This document shows positions 13,546 to 25,535 of a DNA stretch of 46,039 nt, in pieces. The stretch's first letter is position 1. Each line of letters begins with the position of its first letter. A program made the translations under genes and the position numbers. The notes beneath the pieces are model-generated. The model saw only the letters and a program-made list of their open reading frames with translations, was not told where the DNA came from and ran no database searches. Source of the stretch: Octopus bimaculoides (taxonomy: Eukaryota); NCBI RefSeq assembly GCF_001194135.2, contig NC_068986.1:85554124-85600162 (forward strand). Direction: 5' to 3'.

Positions 13546-13859
13546 TCCATATTACAATGTCTACAAAATAAAGAGCAGACAATGTACTGATGTTGATGTA
13601 TGCAGCTAAAAACCCTTTGTGGTATTGACCTTGCATGGTTGCAATCCAGTGACTGACAACAGTATTAGAAGGAAAGAATCCATCAAATAATTTTCTTCAA
13701 ACCCTTATAAATACTATAAATGAATCAGTATTTCACAAAAGAACACTAGTTGATGTTTAAATAAGGTGGAGTTTTATATAAAATATCTTAGAAAAAACTT
13801 CTTTGATATTATATTTTCAGGATTATAATTTAATTGTTTTGGTAGTGATATAAATTCAA

Positions 13860-14100
13860 CCCTTTTACTATGAAATTTAATTTCATTGTTATTCCTGTAA
13901 TGGTGGTAAATATCTACCAAAAGGATTAAATGAGTATTTTCTACAAGTAAAATTGTCTCAATGAACTTGACATATCTCAACGGTAAATAGCTTCAAACAT
14001 GACATTCCTCAACAAAAGATTGGTTTGTATATAAAACTGCTTTCCACAGTTAAGGGTAATGACATTTGGAATGGATATATTTGTTTCCACAGTAAAAGGG
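13860..14100. mobile_element. Degenerate piggyBac-type MITE
   Basis: Left (tcaa)CCCTTTTACTATGAAA, right TTTCCACAGTAAAAGGG(ttaa). A subterminal copy tttccacagttaaggg lies at 14041-14056. Confidence 0.6.
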
Positions 14101-15125
14101 TTAAGCAATGATCCATTGAAGTTTTTTCTATTAGCTGATACTTCCAAATGTATTTTCCTGGCCCATGTTTTGGGCTTGAACTGCACCCAAAAGTTATATT
14201 ATTTCAAATAAACACATAAAACATATATACATGTAGCTCTCGCTCTTTGGAATTTTTTAACACGTATTTAACATTTGAAAGATTTATAGATTTTATCATT
14301 GTTGATTAATTGTATTTCATTGTTGTACCTTTTCATTTATAAATAAACAACTGCATTTTATATAGTTGTCATGTTATTATTTAAAAAATTAATATTTCAT
14401 ATTGACTGTGTTAACTTACAGATATTTTATGCTTGATGGATTTATATTTTTCAATATTTTACTATTTATTTACTAACTTCTTATTTTGCTGTGCTAAATC
14501 AAAAAAAAAAAAAAAAAATGTTTGTAATCAAGAAATTAATCTTTAAAAAAAATGAGCATTGCTCTTTCAAATTATAACAAGGGTTTCTTGGAGACATCAA
14601 CAGAGCTACTACATGGTCAGTCGATCTGCTAGAAATAACAGCTAAATCAACCTCAGCATGTCAATACTTTATAGTGTAGCCCATCATACACTATTTTTGA
14701 AAATAATATTGATTGTTATGGCTTGAATGTATTAGATCATAGTTCAAGTAGTTGAGAACCCACTTGGGTTTAACTCTTTAGCATTATATGGAAAATAGGG
14801 TTCTAATAGAAGTATTGTTCTGGTATGTCTTAATATCAGTGGAAGTTACTATAGAACTACAAAATGCAAGGGAAAAAAGAAGACCCCCTCCCCCCCAAAA
14901 AACAATAAAAAACATTGGGTTTTTTTTTTTTTTTCTCTACCTCGTTATTGGAATTTCATGAAAGCTGTCTGGAACTACAAATATTCTGTTATGACGGTTT
15001 CAATGGCTTTCTCTCAGACAATTGCTGTTTCACTCTAAGAAGTAATTTCTTACATAACTATCCAGTACAGAACTATGAATAAGGTAGTAAATAAATGTTC
15101 ATTCAGTTACTAGATTCCTGATACA

Positions 15126-15178
<53 letters not shown>

Positions 15179-15272
15179 ACATGTGCATGCATGCATACAC
15201 ACACACACACACACACACACACAGATATTATTTCATCAAAATTACTTATCACTTACAAGATGTTTCATCTAG

Positions 15273-15313
15273 GTGACAGCTTAACTACTTCCAGAATTGT
15301 CAGGATTCAGGAT
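15273..15313 (+). CDS. Candidate coding exon A of an unidentified gene (GDSLTTSRIVRIQD), phase 1 to 0
   Basis: tgtttcatctag|...|gtaagt; only one open frame, compatible with exon B. Confidence 0.55.
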
Positions 15314-15427
15314 GTAAGTTGTTATCAATCTGAAAAAACATAGCAAAATACTCTGTCTTCCAATACATTGAACACGTTTTTGATTTGAACACGCAACTGT
15401 ATGACCAAGGATACCTGTAGTGCTACA

Positions 15428-15469
<42 letters not shown>

Positions 15470-15557
15470 GTTTCCATGGAGATACTTATAATAGTCTGAA
15501 TTTCTTTGTTACTTGTTCACTTTAAGTACTTGTATGTCTTTTTTTTTTAAAAGAAAG

Positions 15558-15606
15558 AATGTATTAGATGATGAGGCTCAATATATAAAGAGACTGAAGA
15601 GTTCAG
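15558..15606 (+). CDS. Candidate coding exon B (NVLDDEAQYIKRLKSS), phase 0 to 1
   Basis: Poly-T tract then aaaagaaag|; donor CAG|gttggg; single open frame. An alternative acceptor lies 4 nt upstream. Confidence 0.6.
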
Positions 15607-15794
15607 GTTGGGATGTCATTGGTCTGCTCAGTCAGAGCAAACCTGGAGATAAACAACAACATCATGTTTTCTTCAGATGCAATAGGGACCTTTTAGACTT
15701 TGCTTTCTTATTAACACTAACAGTAATGAAGCAAGTCTGTTATTATTAAGGTGGTGAGCATGATAATTGTATTTGACAATTTTCATATGTGCAG

Positions 15795-15839
15795 GAGAGG
15801 TAAACACTGCAGGGCACTGCTTTGCAAAACCTAACAAAG
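15795..15839 (+). CDS. Candidate coding exon C (GEVNTAGHCFAKPNK), phase 1 to 1
   Basis: ttttcatatgtgcag|...AAG|gtaagt. The other two frames contain stops, and the open frame continues exon B. Confidence 0.65.
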
Positions 15840-16107
15840 GTAAGTGTGATTACTTGAAATATAAAAAGAATCAGGTGTTTTTTTTTTTTTTTTTTTTAAT
15901 TGATTAATGTACCAGAGTTCCAATTAGTTTAAATTGCAAAATAGGTAGTATGATGAGAGAATATTTTCGTCTTTAGCAAACATGGTACAAATTTCCAGAC
16001 ATGTTTCTGTCTTATTAGACATTTTCAACAAAGTATAATCTGTCATGACTACTAAATGGAGAGAGAGAGAGAGAGACGGGTGTAATATATTTATATGTGT
16101 GTATATA

Positions 16108-16475
16108 TACTCTTTTTACTCTTTTTCTTGTTTCAATCATTTGACTGCGGCTATACTGGAGCACCACCTTTAGTCAAGCAAATAGACCCCAGGACTTATA
16201 TTTTGTAAGCCTAGTACTTATTCTATCGGTCTATTTTGCTGAACCGCTAAGTTACGGGGATGTAAACACATCAGGATCGGTTGTCAAGTGATGTTGGGGG
16301 GACAAACACGGACACAGAAACATGCACACATATATATGTATACATTTACATATATACGACAGGCTTCTTTCAGTTTCCATCTACCAAATCCACTCAAAAG
16401 GCTTTGGTTAGCTCAAGGCTATAGTAGAAGACACTTGCCCAAGGTTCCACACAGTGGGACTGAACCCGGAACCAT
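16108..16475 (-). mobile_element. tRNA-derived SINE (family C), head slightly truncated
   Basis: B-box-like ggttccgggttcagtccc on the minus strand, ccttgggcaagtgtcttctactatag core, internal (TA/CA) tract, and the same 3' tail as 6748-6858. Confidence 0.85.
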
Positions 16476-16533
16476 ATATACATATCCTACATTAATTTTA
16501 TAAGAATATAAATAAAACATAAAAAACAGACAG

Positions 16534-16898
16534 AGACGATTGCGCTGGTATGGTCATGTAGCAAGAATGGATGAGGATAGCTGTGTGAAAAAGTGCCACA
16601 CCCTAGCAGTTGAGGGAACCTGTGGAAGATGTAGGCCCAGGAAGACCTTGGATGAGGTGGTGAGGCACGACCTTCGAACATTGGGCCTCACTGAAGCAAT
16701 GACTTCTGACTGAGACCTTTGGAAATATGCTGTGCATGAGTAAACCCTGCAAGCCAAGTGAGACCTAAATCCAAGGCCTCCGCCAGGGGTGTAACCAGCT
16801 CACTTATGCGTACCTTCCTTCATTGGACACTAAACTCCGCTTGCGAAGACCTGTTGAGGCAAGTGTAATCGAAATCAAACTAAATTCGATGACTGGCA
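16534..16898 (+). mobile_element. 3' end of an RTE-clade LINE (decayed ORF end 16534-16761 plus 3' UTR)
   Basis: Translates RRLRWYGHVARMDEDSCVKKCHTLAVEGTCGRCRPRKT.DEVVRHDL, matching the RTE C-terminal pattern LRWxGHVxRM...GRPxxxW. Confidence 0.85.
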
Positions 16899-17190
16899 TA
16901 TTTAAAAAATCTGTGTAAAAAGTACCTTTTTCTTTGCTCCACCCTACTGTCCATTGTTAATGATTGTAGCTGATTTTGTGAATCAAATTTCATCAGATAG
17001 AGCAATCACTGGCTAATTGGTACCACTTGTCAGTCAGGAGAGATAGACCATTTATGTCTTGTCTGACTGTCCTTTAATCTCAATTTGGGTCTACCAAGTT
17101 TTTGATAGTCTACCAGTTGCCAGAATAGGACTTTACTTAGGAATCTGTCATCACTTTGACAATGTTGCCTGTCCAACAGTGACTAGGTGT

Positions 17191-17229
<39 letters not shown>

Positions 17230-17235
<6 letters not shown>

Positions 17236-18093
17236 GCGATGGGTAAATTGCCACTATTTTTTATTTTTAGTTTTGCACCTGCACATTGTTTGTTTTTGAT
17301 TTTGTAGACTTCAAAGTATAGTAGGGTCAGTTGGGCACCGTCTGTGAGAAAAACAGCATCATGATGCAATTCACTCTGCCATAAATTTGGAAATGACATG
17401 CTGTACTGCTTGGCATTCACACCAGAAGCTCCAATATGAATGTTTCAGTGTGTTTGGGTGTCAATCTGAGGACCTGTATCGAGAATCAAACATCCAGTCA
17501 ACATCATGGTGTTTGGAGTGATCCCTAGTAATGGCAATATTATGCCTCCATTCATCTTCCCACATAGCCTCAGACTCAACATGGAGGCTACATCAAGTGC
17601 CTGGAGGAGATAGTGCTGCCCTGGATCAAGAGGGTGGCTGCTAGAAGACCCTATGTCTGGCAATAGGACTCTGCACCATGCTACACAAGTAGGAGAACCC
17701 AGTCATGGCTGTCAGTCAATTTCTATGACTACATCACCCCTAACATCTGGCCACCTAACTTCCCAGACTGCAACCCCCTTGATTAATATGTGTGGGGCAC
17801 AGTTTAGTGAGTACCAACAAGACTCTTTGTAACATCAATGATGAATTGAAGGCAAGAATTATGGTAGCATTCACCAACTTAAACAAGGAGGCTGTCCAAA
17901 AGAGTTGCAGGCTATTCCGAAGTCGTCTGGAGGCTGTGGTTGAAGCCAATGACAATTTCTTTTTGAACAAAGTTACTGTTAAGTATTTCAAGATATTTTT
18001 ATGTAATTTTGGTAAATATATCTGGTAAAATGAGATGTCAGTGTTATTTTCATTTTTGTGTAATTTAGATGCCAGATTATTTACCACACTCTG
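17230..18093 (+). mobile_element. Internally deleted IS630-Tc1-mariner element, DD37D (maT) type, pseudogenised
   Basis: YVWQ*DSAPCYTSRRTQSWLSVNFYDYITPNIWPPNFPDCNPLD*YVW has 37 residues between the last two Asp. Imperfect TIRs tagggtg...ggtaaat and atttacc.cactctg, TA flanks. Confidence 0.9.
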
Positions 18094-18310
18094 TATATAC
18101 ATAATGTTTTGTATATCCATTGTTTTCTATGCTTGCATGGGTAGGACGAGAGTTATTCAGGCAGTTTTCTGAATGTACTTCCTGTCACCAACTCTTTGCT
18201 TGTGTTTGAAGAAAAATGTCTCTTATTCCACTGGTTTTCTCATGAACAAACCATGTAGTGACTGGACATTTTGTTTACATCAGACAGAAGCATTGTCATC
18301 ATTTTCACTC

Positions 18311-18358
18311 ATATGATGACAATGTGGAGATATATGATGACAATGTGGAGATATATGA
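18311..18358. repeat. 21-bp tandem duplication (atatgatgacaatgtggagat x2)
   Basis: Seen directly. Confidence 0.95.
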
Positions 18359-18377
18359 AACCACTTACACATATACA

Positions 18378-18443
<66 letters not shown>

Positions 18444-18444
<1 letters not shown>

Positions 18445-18730
18445 TGAGACCCCCTTCGGTCATGATTGACCATGGGATTGCACCTAGAAAGTTACTCTCC
18501 AAGGCACAAGTCCGGGCAAGGTTGTTTATGGAAGACCAGCAGTCGCCCATGCATACCAGTCTCCTCTCTCCATGCCACCAGTGTTATCCAAGGGTTGATA
18601 CAGCTTGGCACCAGTGACGTCGCAACTCATTTCTACAACTGAGTGAACTGGAGCAACGTAAAATAAAGTGTCTTGTTCAAGAATGCAACATGCAGCCCGG
18701 TCCAGGATTCGAACTCACAACCTCGAACTT
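18444..18730 (-). mobile_element. tRNA-derived SINE (family A), 5'-truncated
   Basis: Minus-strand B box gagttcgaatcc and core ttcttgaacaagacacttt...ttacgttgctccagttcactcag shared with 30909-31170. Confidence 0.85.
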
Positions 18731-18733
18731 CAT

Positions 18734-18768
<35 letters not shown>

Positions 18769-18821
18769 ATCTTAGAACAGAATGGAGTAAGTGGAGCAAG
18801 AACACACACAAAAATGAAAAG

Positions 18822-18958
18822 TATCGCTGAAGAGGTCACAGATGTGTGATGAAAGATTTCTGTTCAATGGACATGAGTTAAAATAATAAAATAAGAACAG
18901 TAATAAACGAGTGAAGGAAAAATATATAGTGCGTGTGTTTATTTGGCAAAAAAAAAAA
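18822..18958 (-). repeat. Interspersed repeat segment also present at ~39580-39712 and ~45024-45140
   Basis: Shared blocks tttgccaaataa(a/g)cacacgcac.atata and tgtgacctcttc(a/g)g.ga. Confidence 0.75.
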
Positions 18959-18971
18959 TGACTCCCGAAAT

Positions 18972-19019
<48 letters not shown>

Positions 19020-19103
19020 TTTTAGTTTGTTTAGGGCAAATGCACTTGTAAGAACTCTTATGCGTCCTGTCATCAGTTACTGCCTGTTATTCCTATCTTT
19101 CAG

Positions 19104-19151
19104 AGTAATCCTATGGGATGGATATATCTGCAGAACTCCTTACAACTTAGG
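19104..19151 (+). CDS. Candidate 48-nt exon D (SNPMGWIYLQNSLQLR in phase 0, or VILWDGYICRTPYNL in phase 2)
   Basis: gttattcctatctttcag|...AGG|gtaatc; two frames are open, so the frame is unresolved. Confidence 0.5.
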
Positions 19152-19167
19152 GTAATCATACTAATAA

Positions 19168-19392
19168 TGAAAATTATTTGTGGACGGAAATTTTTATATT
19201 TTTTTAGTGCATTGCAACATATATTTCTGCATATCACGTCTGTTTGTGACCATATTCTCATCCATAGGATATTAAATATTTAATAATTTCCAGTGGATGT
19301 GAGAATATAGTCACAAACAGACGTAGTGTGTAGAAACTTATGTCACAATGCATTAATAGAATATAAAAATTTCCATCCAGAAATAATTTTCA
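19168..19392. repeat. ~225-bp near-palindromic fold-back element
   Basis: Arms of ~97 bp (tgaaaattatttgtggacggaaatttttatatt...cacgtctgtttgtgaccatattctca and its reverse complement) around the central palindrome attaaatatttaat. Confidence 0.9.
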
Positions 19393-19415
19393 ATTTTACA
19401 ATGTGTGTGTGTGCA

Positions 19416-19578
19416 GTTATACATGTACAGGTTTCCACTCAGGTTCCGCCCACTAAATTTCATCCACAAGGCATTGATTGACCCAAGGCCACAGCAAAAG
19501 ACACCTGTCCAAGGTGCCATGTAGTGGGATGGAACTCGAAACCATGTGGTTGCAAAGCAGCCCAATCACAAAGTCATG
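19416..19578 (-). mobile_element. SINE family C head fragment
   Basis: aagacacctgtccaaggtgccatgtagtgggatggaactcgaaaccatgtggttgcaaagc is similar to 16425-16475 and 20560-20640. Confidence 0.75.
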
Positions 19579-20432
19579 CCTATAAAAGTACTATCATCAG
19601 GTTGGACTGTTTGACAGGTTTCGATGGGCCCAAGGATTGCATTTGTGCTCCAGTGTCTACTTTGGCCTGGATTCTAATGCTAGATTCCCTTCGTAGCACC
19701 AAATCATTCTTCTTCCCTGCCACTTCCAGGTAAAGGAGTTAAAAGTTTATAGTTTTTCTTTTCTTCTTGTCTCCATTACATAAGTGACATATGAATTCAT
19801 AATTCTTTAGTCAAGATACCAACTCATTATCCATTTAGTTATTGTCACATTTTATTAGTTACCAGAGGGGAAAAGTACCCACCTTTATCAGAATGATTGG
19901 AGGACTGACTGAGTCAAGAGCTCATTTTCCTTTTTCTCCGAAAGTTACAATAATCATTTCTAGCTGAGAAGTATTTGCTTTTAAAATTACTTAAGTGATT
20001 TTTTTAATTATTTTTTTTCTTCTGCTTAATTAGTTGGGAATAAACTTAATGACATTGCTATTTATATTTTAGATTATCTCAATTCAAGTTAGATAGGATT
20101 AGACTTTCTTAATGCCATTAACATAGGCTTAACATTTACTGTGGTCACTAATCTTTAATTGCTTTGGGTTTATTCATTGTTAGACTGGTTTATTTTCTTC
20201 CACAGTCCAAAGACTTTAAACTGTGGAACAAAAAATAGGAATATTCCTGTGCAAATTAGTTGACAATTGTTGGGACAAACAATAGCAAAATAAAGTGTTT
20301 TTAATTTTGGTTTCTGTTCCTGAATTCAGATTCTTTTCACGATATAAAATAAGCATCATTAATGTGATGGTTTTAATTCAATTTATTTACCATATATGCT
20401 CCTTGTTAAGTTACATAAACATAAACAAATCA

Positions 20433-20640
20433 GCACTGGTTGCCAAGTGGTAGTGGTGGGGAAACATACACACATGTGCACATGAGATGAGCTTCCACAA
20501 GTTTTCATGTACCGAATTCACTCACAAGGCATTGGTCAGCATAGAGCTACAGTAAAATACACTTGCCCCAGGTGCTGTGCAGTGGGATTGAACCCAAAAC
20601 TTGTGGTTGCAAAGTGAGCTTCATAACCACACAGCCATGG
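20433..20640 (-). mobile_element. SINE family C
   Basis: aaattcactcacaaggc-type motif (gaattcactcacaaggcattggtc) followed by cacttgccccaggtgctgtgcagtgggattgaaccc. Confidence 0.8.
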
Positions 20641-20675
20641 CTTTAATTACCTAATTTAGTAATTTTAAACATTAG

Positions 20676-20742
20676 GACCTTGTGCTGTTGCAAATTTGTT
20701 ATGGGTGTCTCAGATGTCTAATCCCAATGTGTAGATTTTTGG
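20676..20742 (+). CDS. Weak candidate exon E (DLVLLQICYGCLRCLIPMCRFL), phase 0 to 1
   Basis: ttttaaacattag|...GG|gtattt; phase-compatible with D (phase 0) and F, but the sites are only moderate. Confidence 0.25.
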
Positions 20743-21659
20743 GTATTTATTAAATAAAGTATACATTCATAAATAGTTTTATGAATCACAAATTAAGAAA
20801 AATGTCTTTTTGTTGTTAATGACAAATAAATAGGTTGAAAATATTGATTTAATGTGATAGTTATTGCAATAAGCAGTGCATTTCACTGTTTATTATTGCT
20901 TAAAATTGTTAAACTTGGATTATTCTTTTTTTAAAGTTTTGATCATTAAAATCTTAGTAACCAGAGATTTTGAAGCTACTCAAGAAAAAAAAAATTTCTG
21001 TTATATTTTACCCACCTTATATATTGCATTTGTAAGTTTTCCATTCATTAATGTAAGTAATCCTAATAATCCTATAAAAATATTCAGTCATATTGAATCT
21101 TTAGTATCCTAAAAGGAATAATCTATTTTAAAGAAACATAGACATTGTATTTTTTGTTGTAATTTTTAAAGATATATTTTTAATCTCTTTAACTGGTTTT
21201 TGTCATTGGTCTGTGACTCTACTGGAGCACCACATTCAAAGATTTCATTTAATCATATTGACTCCAGTACATATTTTAGACTATTAGTAATATTATCTCT
21301 CTATATATCTTCTAAAGCTTTTCTATGTTACACAACTTGAAGGGATACAATATAAACACCGGTTTTTAGACTGGTGTGAACATAAACCCTGCCCAACTTT
21401 TTTATAAGTCTAGGCTGCCTTCCCATCTCCTTATCTTCTGCTCTCTATACAACCTTGCAAACCACCCCCAAAACTTCTACTCACTATATACCTTGAGAGG
21501 GCCACCTGGACACCTCATCTCCACTATTTATCTCTTTGCAGCTTCTATTAATTGTTCTCTCCCTCTCCTATTAAATGTGAGTCACCATGCCTCTTTTCCA
21601 CTAGAACCTACTCTGATCCCCTACTCTCTTGCTCTTTAACTTCTCATCCCCTAGTATAA

Positions 21660-21901
21660 AGCAGACCCCCCCCCACTCCCGTTGAGTTCGTAGTCTTCCA
21701 AGTTGCATGGCGATCTCAATAGTGCTTGCTGGTGGCATGAAAAAGACACCCAATACATAATGTAAAGTGACTGGTGTGAGGAAGGACATCCAGCCATGAG
21801 AAACCATGTTAAAGCAGACACTGGAGTATGATGCAGTCCTTGGATCCTGTCAAACTCTCCAACCATTGCAAGCATGGAACATGAACGATAAATGATGATG
21901 A
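21660..21901 (+). mobile_element. Decayed SINE with RTE-type 3' tail
   Basis: ggaaggacatccagccatgagaaacc...caaccattgcaagcatggaacatgaacgataaatgatgatg. Confidence 0.6.
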
Positions 21902-22143
21902 ATTTGGTACTATGTATGAACTCTGCTCATTTATCTACATTGTGGGAAAACATTAGTAAATGGTACAGTTATGTGTTAGTTGCGTATAATTTATATATCT
22001 AGTCCCTAAAAGTTTGATTGATGAAAATAATGTAACACAACTTCATTTTAAATTGGCTTGATTAGCCTACATTTCATATATAGGACAATGGTCTTGACAG
22101 AATTCTATATAAATATCAAAATATAATTTTTGTCCATCTTCAG

Positions 22144-22184
22144 GGAAAGAGAGGCAATATCATTTCAATGAGCTGCACATTTAA
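22144..22184 (+). CDS. Weak candidate exon F (GKERQYHFNELHI*), possibly terminal
   Basis: Good acceptor tttttgtccatcttcag|; the phase-1 frame runs to TAA. No downstream donor seen. Confidence 0.3.
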
Positions 22185-22999
22185 AAAAAAATATTTTTTA
22201 TGTATTTAATTTGAAGGAAGAAACTGTGCCTCTTCTCTTTGAAGACCATGCAAGACTAGCAACATTGATGTTGTTCATTTTCCTCTTCACTAGTTGCAGG
22301 AAAACCATGGCAGCATGTTTGGTGACAGTGGCGTTGGCAGCAGTAGCGAGTGTGTATATGTGTGTGTCTACGTGATGTTAGATGTCCAACATTCTGGTGA
22401 GAAAGGATTAGCCGTGGTAGTTAATGCAGAAAGTAGTTGGACAGACATAATATTATGTTAAGTGGAAATTGATGTAATATACCATTATAAACTTATTTTA
22501 GCTGAAGGACTTTGACATACATTTAATTGGGTATGTTCATTTGATATAGTAGTAATGTATATCTTGTTGAATACTACATTGTACTTGATGTTCTAATCCA
22601 AACACTCACTAGCAATATAGTTTACAATAAAACAATTTTATAAGCACTTGTTTTTCTGAAAAATAAGAAATTCCAATGCTACTGGGTTCAGTCAGTAATG
22701 TAGGAAATGATGCACTGACTATAATACTTGTTGGGTTAAACTAAGTTTGGAATTATCTTTCTTAACTGTGCAATAGCTTAAAATTAAATAATTTAAGCCT
22801 AAATCTTTTGGTATAAAATCATATCAAAGCTGATTACTATATTTATTTTATCACTATCTTAGTGAAAGATAATTTATAAGAGTGCAGCATGAATTGAATG
22901 ATTAACTATAAGAGAAAGTAGCATCAGTATACATAAAAATCCTATAAAATGAAAGAAACACTATGAACAATAGTTATGATTACAACAAATTTTTATAAA

Positions 23000-23040
23000 T
23001 ATGTTCTTGGAAACCTTATTATAAGGTTTCCAAGAACATA
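23000..23040. repeat. Perfect 20-bp inverted repeat with 1-nt spacer
   Basis: tatgttcttggaaaccttat-t-ataaggtttccaagaacata. Confidence 0.97.
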
Positions 23041-23419
23041 GGTTTGCTTTAGTGAAGCCAATGGATTTGAATAAGAAATATTCATTTTCAAAGAAAATTC
23101 AGTGTCAATAACATCTTTGTTAGACTTAGCTGTGATTATATATTGATCTGTTTATTAAACTTTATTGTTAGTTTATAAAAGAAACCTGTTTTGTATTAAC
23201 TATAGTGAATCTTTCCTATCATATTGATTCATTTTCTGAATCCTCCTTGTATGTTCACTAACACCATCAAATCATCAGTTTTGCACTTATTTTGGATGGA
23301 ACTTCAGTATGTTGTTTCTTTAACTCTAGTATAACTGTAATCAAGCAGGTTTAGGATTAATAGCTGTGACTCTGAGTGTGCATCCAGGGCTGACATTATC
23401 CAATATCTTCTCTCTTATA

Positions 23420-23636
23420 TTTTATCTTGTTTTCAGGCATTGGACTGTAGCCATGCAGGGGCTCCACTTTGAAGGGTTTTACTCAAAGAAATTGACCCTA
23501 GTACTAATTTTAAGTCTGGTACTTATTCCATTGGTTTCTTTTGCCAAACCGTTAATTTATAGGGGGTCTAAACAAATCAACACCAGTAGTCAAGTTGTGG
23601 GCGGGGGACAAACACAGAGGCAAAGACACCCCCACC

Positions 23637-23640
<4 letters not shown>
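23420..23640 (-). mobile_element. 3' half of SINE family C (decayed)
   Basis: Similar to 16130-16320 (gaccc.agtact...ggtacttattc.at.ggt...ttttgc..aacc). Confidence 0.75.
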
Positions 23641-23678
<38 letters not shown>

Positions 23679-23880
23679 ATTGCTTCATCTTGACAGATGA
23701 TAGCCATCCCATTAACACACACACCACATCCCATCACACTGCACAACCCCTCCATTGATGAGCCCTCAGATGATTTTTAAAACCAGCTGCTGACTGACAG
23801 GGTGTAAAACAGAAGTGACATGTTATTCAAGTTTCTTCTACACCTTTGTATATGGTGCCCCAGCATGACCACAGTTTTAA

Positions 23881-24102
23881 CCCTTTCGTTACTGTATTTC
23901 TGTTGAGATGCTCTGTGTTTCTTTCAATTATTTTAAATATAACGAAGAATTTAGTAAAATAACTTGGTTATCATTAAGCTAGCGTTAGGAACATAAATTG
24001 TGACTAAGGCTTAGTGGTATATTATAATGCAAAACTTATGAAATCAAGACATTTGTACTATGAAGCCAAATCCGGTTTTGGCCGGGTTGGTAACGAAAGG
24101 GG
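23881..24102. mobile_element. piggyBac-type MITE with TTAA target-site duplication
   Basis: TTAA-CCCTTTCGTTAC ... GTAACGAAAGGG(G)-TTAA. Confidence 0.88.
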
Positions 24103-24129
24103 TTAAAGTTGAAATAAGTTAGAGTACAC

Positions 24130-24174
<45 letters not shown>

Positions 24175-24249
24175 CACACGCACACACACACACACACACA
24201 CACATACACACACACACACACATACACACACACATACACACACACACAC

Positions 24250-24365
24250 AGATAATGGGCTTGCACACAGTTTCTGACTATCAAATTCACTCACAGTGCA
24301 TTGGTCAGCTCAAGGCTGTCATAAAAAGCACGTGCCCAAGATGCCAAGCTGTCCGCATGGCACTA
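24250..24365 (-). mobile_element. SINE family C head fragment
   Basis: aaattcactcacagtgcattggtcagctcaaggctg...cgtgcccaagatgcc. Confidence 0.65.
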
Positions 24366-25419
24366 CTTCAGTGGCTCATATTCTTGATCTATATATCCTG
24401 ATGCTATTTTCTAAACTACCATGTGCAATAGTCTCTGCCATGACTCAGCCTGTTCTAAATCTCAGATTTTCCTTTGTTACAGCAAAACTGAACACTTTCT
24501 TTTTCCACCAATCATGTATCCACCTTTTGTCTTTTATATCTCTCTAGATGTTTATCACTGCATATTTCTGCCATTGTTTTTATTATCACTGTCTAAACCA
24601 AAATATATTTTTTAAATGTCAAATTTTATGAAAAAATAAACAGGAAATCTAGATTTCTATTATTTTCCTCTGTACTGTTTTATTGATTTATTTGAATTAT
24701 CACTTATAAGTTAAATACAAATTTACAAAAAATACAAATTTACACCTTTGTGAAAAAAAAGGTATGTACACACTAACCAACTAGAAGCAGCAGCCAATTC
24801 CCCTTGAATCTTATCTTACCAAATTAAAAGCAGAACAGTGAGTTTGATGATGTAATTGTTGATAAACTGTTTGAAATTAATATGGAATTTGGAACAGTTT
24901 GATCATAAATCTCTGTTTGATTGGTACTGACCTGGCGGGTTGAACAACAAGTGAATGTGTATGCATTCTTCTCTCAAAAGAGTCAAGATAAACAGTAAGT
25001 TTGTTTTAATTTATTGCCTAGCTATGCCTTATTTTAGTTTTGACAGATATTGATTTTATTGGAGAGATTTTTCATTGCATTGTATACCATTGGGTCTAAG
25101 GCTTGTGTGGTTCATCTTCATTTTGAACTCTTGGAAATACATTTCATCTATGGGTTCCCATGAGAAAGCTTTGATATTAATATTCTAATGCTATTATTCT
25201 TATCATCATCCGGATCATGTTGATGAGGATGATGATAATCACTCTCAGTGTGCTGGATGACAGAGTGCTCTGATGCTATGTATGATTAGCTATGAATGTA
25301 AGCATAGTGGAGTTCCTATCTCTTCCATTGCACTTAGTAGTCCACAGTGGGATTTGAACTTTGAGTGCAAAGAGCTAGAACCAATGCCATAACGCATTTT
25401 AACAATTTCATCTGCCATA

Positions 25420-25535
25420 TACTCCAGGCAGGTACTTTATTTATCAACCTTGAAAGAATGAAAGGCAAAGTTGATCATGGCAGGATTTGAAGTCAGAATG
25501 CAAAGGACTAGAAGCATTTTGCCAGACATTCTAAT
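25420..25535 (-). mobile_element. SINE family B fragment
   Basis: ggtactttatttatcaaccttgaaagaatgaaaggcaaagttgatcatggcaggatttgaagtcagaa, a CpG-decayed version of the 41.8-kb copies. Confidence 0.7.

Noticed and set aside
13774-14186. Two abutting minus-strand ORFs that look protein-like (FKPKTWARKIH...)
   Set aside because: Mostly inside the TTAA-type MITE, weak acceptor, no recognisable domain, and antisense to the better-supported plus-strand gene.
14417-15329. Two minus-strand segments with good acceptor and donor (14417-14494 and 15257-15329)
   Set aside because: Stops in all three frames; such sites arise by chance in AT-rich DNA.
15801-15823. TAGHC as a trypsin-family catalytic His motif
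   Set aside because: It is preceded by Asn rather than L/I/V/M, there is no upstream CGG motif, and no GDSGG exon was found.
19600-19730. Minus-strand VDTGA (retroviral protease-like) and possible plus-strand exon ending CAG|gtaaag
   Set aside because: The motif is isolated with no gag or pol context. The plus-strand exon is possible, but acceptor and frame are ambiguous, so it is not called.
20198-20228. Short imperfect palindromes (also the 8-bp stem at 37799-37820)
   Set aside because: Stems of 8-9 bp are expected by chance in 46 kb.
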